Source: an uncultured candidatus Porisulfidus sp.
GTDB taxonomy: Bacteria; Pseudomonadota; Gammaproteobacteria; Poriferisulfidales; Poriferisulfidaceae
Reading direction: 5' to 3'
DNA: 64,000 bases
NCBI GenBank assembly: GCA_965199755.1
Contig: CBDASZ010000002.1
Location: 320,001 to 384,000, forward strand
Position numbers and translations under genes: made by a program. The notes beneath the pieces were generated by a model that was not told the DNA's origin, did not search any database, and worked only from the letters and a program-made list of their open reading frames with translations. This document shows, piece after piece, positions 62,024 to 64,000 of this stretch. The number at the start of each line of letters is the position of its first letter. The first letter of the stretch is position 1.

Positions 62024-62794
62024 ATGTCTGTCGCAAAAATTCTCATTGTCGAGGACGAGCCGGCCATCCGCGAAATGGTCGGATACGCCTTGCGGCGCTC
62101 GGATTTCGATTTCCTCGAAGCCGAGGACGCACAGCAAGCCTACGACGTCATCGCCAAAAAGAAACCTGACCTGCTGTTGCTCGACTGGATGCTACCGGGA
62201 CAAAGCGGTCTGGACATCGCGCAGCGTCTGCGGCGCGAAGCGCCCACCACCGAACTTCCCATCATCATGCTGACCGCGCGGGGTGAGGAAGCGGATCGCA
62301 TTCGCGGACTGGAATGCGGCGCGGACGATTACATCGCCAAACCTTTTTCACCACGCGAACTGGTGGCGCGCATTCATGCCCTGTTGCGACGCACCTCACC
62401 GCACGTCGCCAATACCCAACTGGAACACGGCATCATCCGTCTGGATGCGATCCAGCACGAAGTCTGGGTCGGCAAAAAGCAGGCCCGCGTCGGGCCAACG
62501 GAATTCCGTCTGTTGCGCTTTTTGATGGCGCATCCGAACCGGGTCTACGATCGCACCCAGTTGCTGGATCAGGTCTGGAGCCAGAGCAGCTACATCGCGG
62601 TGCGTACCATTGACGTGCATATCCTGCGTCTGCGCAAGGCGCTGGGCGAGAAAGGTGCCCCTTATGTACGCACCATTCACGGGGCTGGCTATCAGTTCAC
62701 CACCACGCCGACGCACAAGAAAAAGAAGACATCGAAGAAAAACAAGGCCCGCAACAAGTCATCAAAGCGGTCCAACCCGCCTAAGTCCGAGTGA
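62024..62794 (+). CDS. phoB: Phosphate regulon response regulator with a basic C-terminal extension
   Basis: ILIVEDE..IREM, LLDWMLPG, MLTARGEE.DR.RGLE.GADDY..KPFSP, GPTEFRLL.FLM.HP.RV, RT.DVHI.RLRK. Confidence 0.93.
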   Translation: MSVAKILIVEDEPAIREMVGYALRRSDFDFLEAEDAQQAYDVIAKKKPDLLLLDWMLPGQSGLDIAQRLRREAPTTELPIIMLTARGEEADRIRGLECGADDYIAKPFSPRELVARIHALLRRTSPHVANTQLEHGIIRLDAIQHEVWVGKKQARVGPTEFRLLRFLMAHPNRVYDRTQLLDQVWSQSSYIAVRTIDVHILRLRKALGEKGAPYVRTIHGAGYQFTTTPTHKKKKTSKKNKARNKSSKRSNPPKSE

Positions 62795-64000
62795 AACGCA
62801 GCGAACTGCTGGCGGAGAGCGCTTATCTGCTGGCGCTGCTCGCAGCCGGCACCTTGGTCGGCGCATTCTTCGACGCCGCAGGCTGGGGTTTCGGCATCGC
62901 CGCGCTGATCGCCGTGCTATGGCAAGTCCGCCAAAGCCATCGAATACACACGTGGTGGCAATCAAAAGACACCAATCGTCCCCGCTCGCTGCCGCCACTG
63001 TGGCAGAGTTGGACCCGTGATCTGGCGCGCGTGCGTAAAGAACAGCAGGAAGAAGAAGCCAACCGCCTGCGGTTACAGCGTTCGTTTGATGCGCTCTCCC
63101 TGGCCATGCCGGATGCGGCGGTGGTGGTTGATTCAGAATTGCGTATTGAGTGGTACAACGCGGCCGCAAAAACCCTGCTGCATTTTCAGGACAGCGATCA
63201 CCGTCAGGTCCTCACGCACGTCTTGCGCCACCCGGAACTGGTCACCTATCTGCGCACGGGGGATTTCGCGCTGCCGCTGGAACTGGGCACCTTTATGGAT
63301 ACCCAGAATCCGGTCAGCGTCACCGTGACGATTCTTGATCAGCACACCCGCCTGATCCGCTTTGTCGACATCACCCACGGGTTGCAACTGGATCGTTTGC
63401 GCCAAGAGTTCGTCGCCAACGTGTCGCACGAGATCAAAAGTCCGCTGACTGTGATCACCGGCTATCTGGAGACCATGAGCGAGCGCCCGGAGGAGCCGCA
63501 GGATCCGCGCATTCTGCACACCATGGCGCGGCAATGCCAGCGCATGCGCCGGCTGGTCGATGACCTGCTGGAGTTGTCGCGGCTGGAAGCCAGCGAATTG
63601 CAGGACGCGCAACTGCAACACGTGGATCTGTCGCAACTGGCCGGCGAAGTGCGTCAGGAAGCGCAAGGCCTGACTACCGAAGTGCAGCATGCCATCGAAC
63701 TTGACGGCGCAGCAGGCCTCGTGGTGCGCGGGCGTTTGCAGGAGTTGCACAGCGCGCTGTTTAATCTGGTCAGCAATGCGCTACGCTACTCACCAAGTGG
63801 CTCGAAAGTCATCATTAAGTGGCGGCGCAAGAAGCACGGTATCCGGCTGGCCGTCATCGACCAGGGTATCGGCATTCCTGAAGAACACATTGCCAGGATT
63901 ACCGAGCGTTTTTATCGGGTGGACAAGGCGCGCTCGCGGGATACGGGCGGCACGGGTCTGGGGCTGGCGATCGTCAAGCACATCCTGCACCGCCATGGCG
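62791..64000 (+). CDS. phoR: Phosphate regulon sensor kinase (runs off the window edge; absent from the ORF track)
   Basis: Manual translation from GTG 62791 (GTGA overlap): TM region, AMPDAAVVVD...IEWYN.AA (PAS), FVANVSHEIKSPLTV..GYLE (H box), NLVSNA.RY, DQG.GI, ERFYRVDKARSR.TGGTGLGLAIVKH. Confidence 0.93.
   Translation, partial: MKRSELLAESAYLLALLAAGTLVGAFFDAAGWGFGIAALIAVLWQVRQSHRIHTWWQSKDTNRPRSLPPLWQSWTRDLARVRKEQQEEEANRLRLQRSFDALSLAMPDAAVVVDSELRIEWYNAAAKTLLHFQDSDHRQVLTHVLRHPELVTYLRTGDFALPLELGTFMDTQNPVSVTVTILDQHTRLIRFVDITHGLQLDRLRQEFVANVSHEIKSPLTVITGYLETMSERPEEPQDPRILHTMARQCQRMRRLVDDLLELSRLEASELQDAQLQHVDLSQLAGEVRQEAQGLTTEVQHAIELDGAAGLVVRGRLQELHSALFNLVSNALRYSPSGSKVIIKWRRKKHGIRLAVIDQGIGIPEEHIARITERFYRVDKARSRDTGGTGLGLAIVKHILHRHG

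Overview
Core chromosome of a GC-rich gammaproteobacterium with compact housekeeping operons and eroded synteny: ispE-lolB-TPR / hemA-prfA-prmC, hemF-tsaC-topA, argS, fur, thiC, waaA/kdkA, htpG, nadA, priA, tupBCA, ubi/pepP/proB/obgE/rpmA/rplU, trpEGD..C, bioA, rpoH, amgK-murU, pncC, phoBR. Several AT-richer accessory insertions interrupt it. (i) 22.8-26.0 kb: a methyltransferase is truncated by an IS1595-family element. The element carries a methyltransferase-HNH fusion gene whose C-terminal ~970 bp is inverted between short inverted repeats; flipping 24643-25611 in silico restores one 476-aa ORF. This is the most interesting signal: an inversion switch or polymorphism, or an assembly artefact. 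(ii) 36.4-38.2 kb: an orphan sigma70-region-4 protein. (iii) 48.2-49.9 kb: a PmeII-like R-M pair inside the trp operon. (iv) 53.6-59.8 kb: a MunI-like R-M pair with a dead endonuclease, plus a DUF4011-helicase-Vsr-DUF3320 (Hhe-like) defence gene. Other signals are a 12-bp-phased DnaA-box triplet upstream of priA, many apparently leaderless promoters, a ligand-less PCu(A)C-like gene coupled to a tungstate transporter, a 34-aa-repeat protein with stacked cysteines and a lysine-rich PhoB tail. Single-base frameshifts, including one in the housekeeping gene murU, suggest residual indel errors, so pseudogene calls need read-level checks. No rRNA, tRNA or CRISPR array was recognised. Family assignments come from motif recognition, not database searches.
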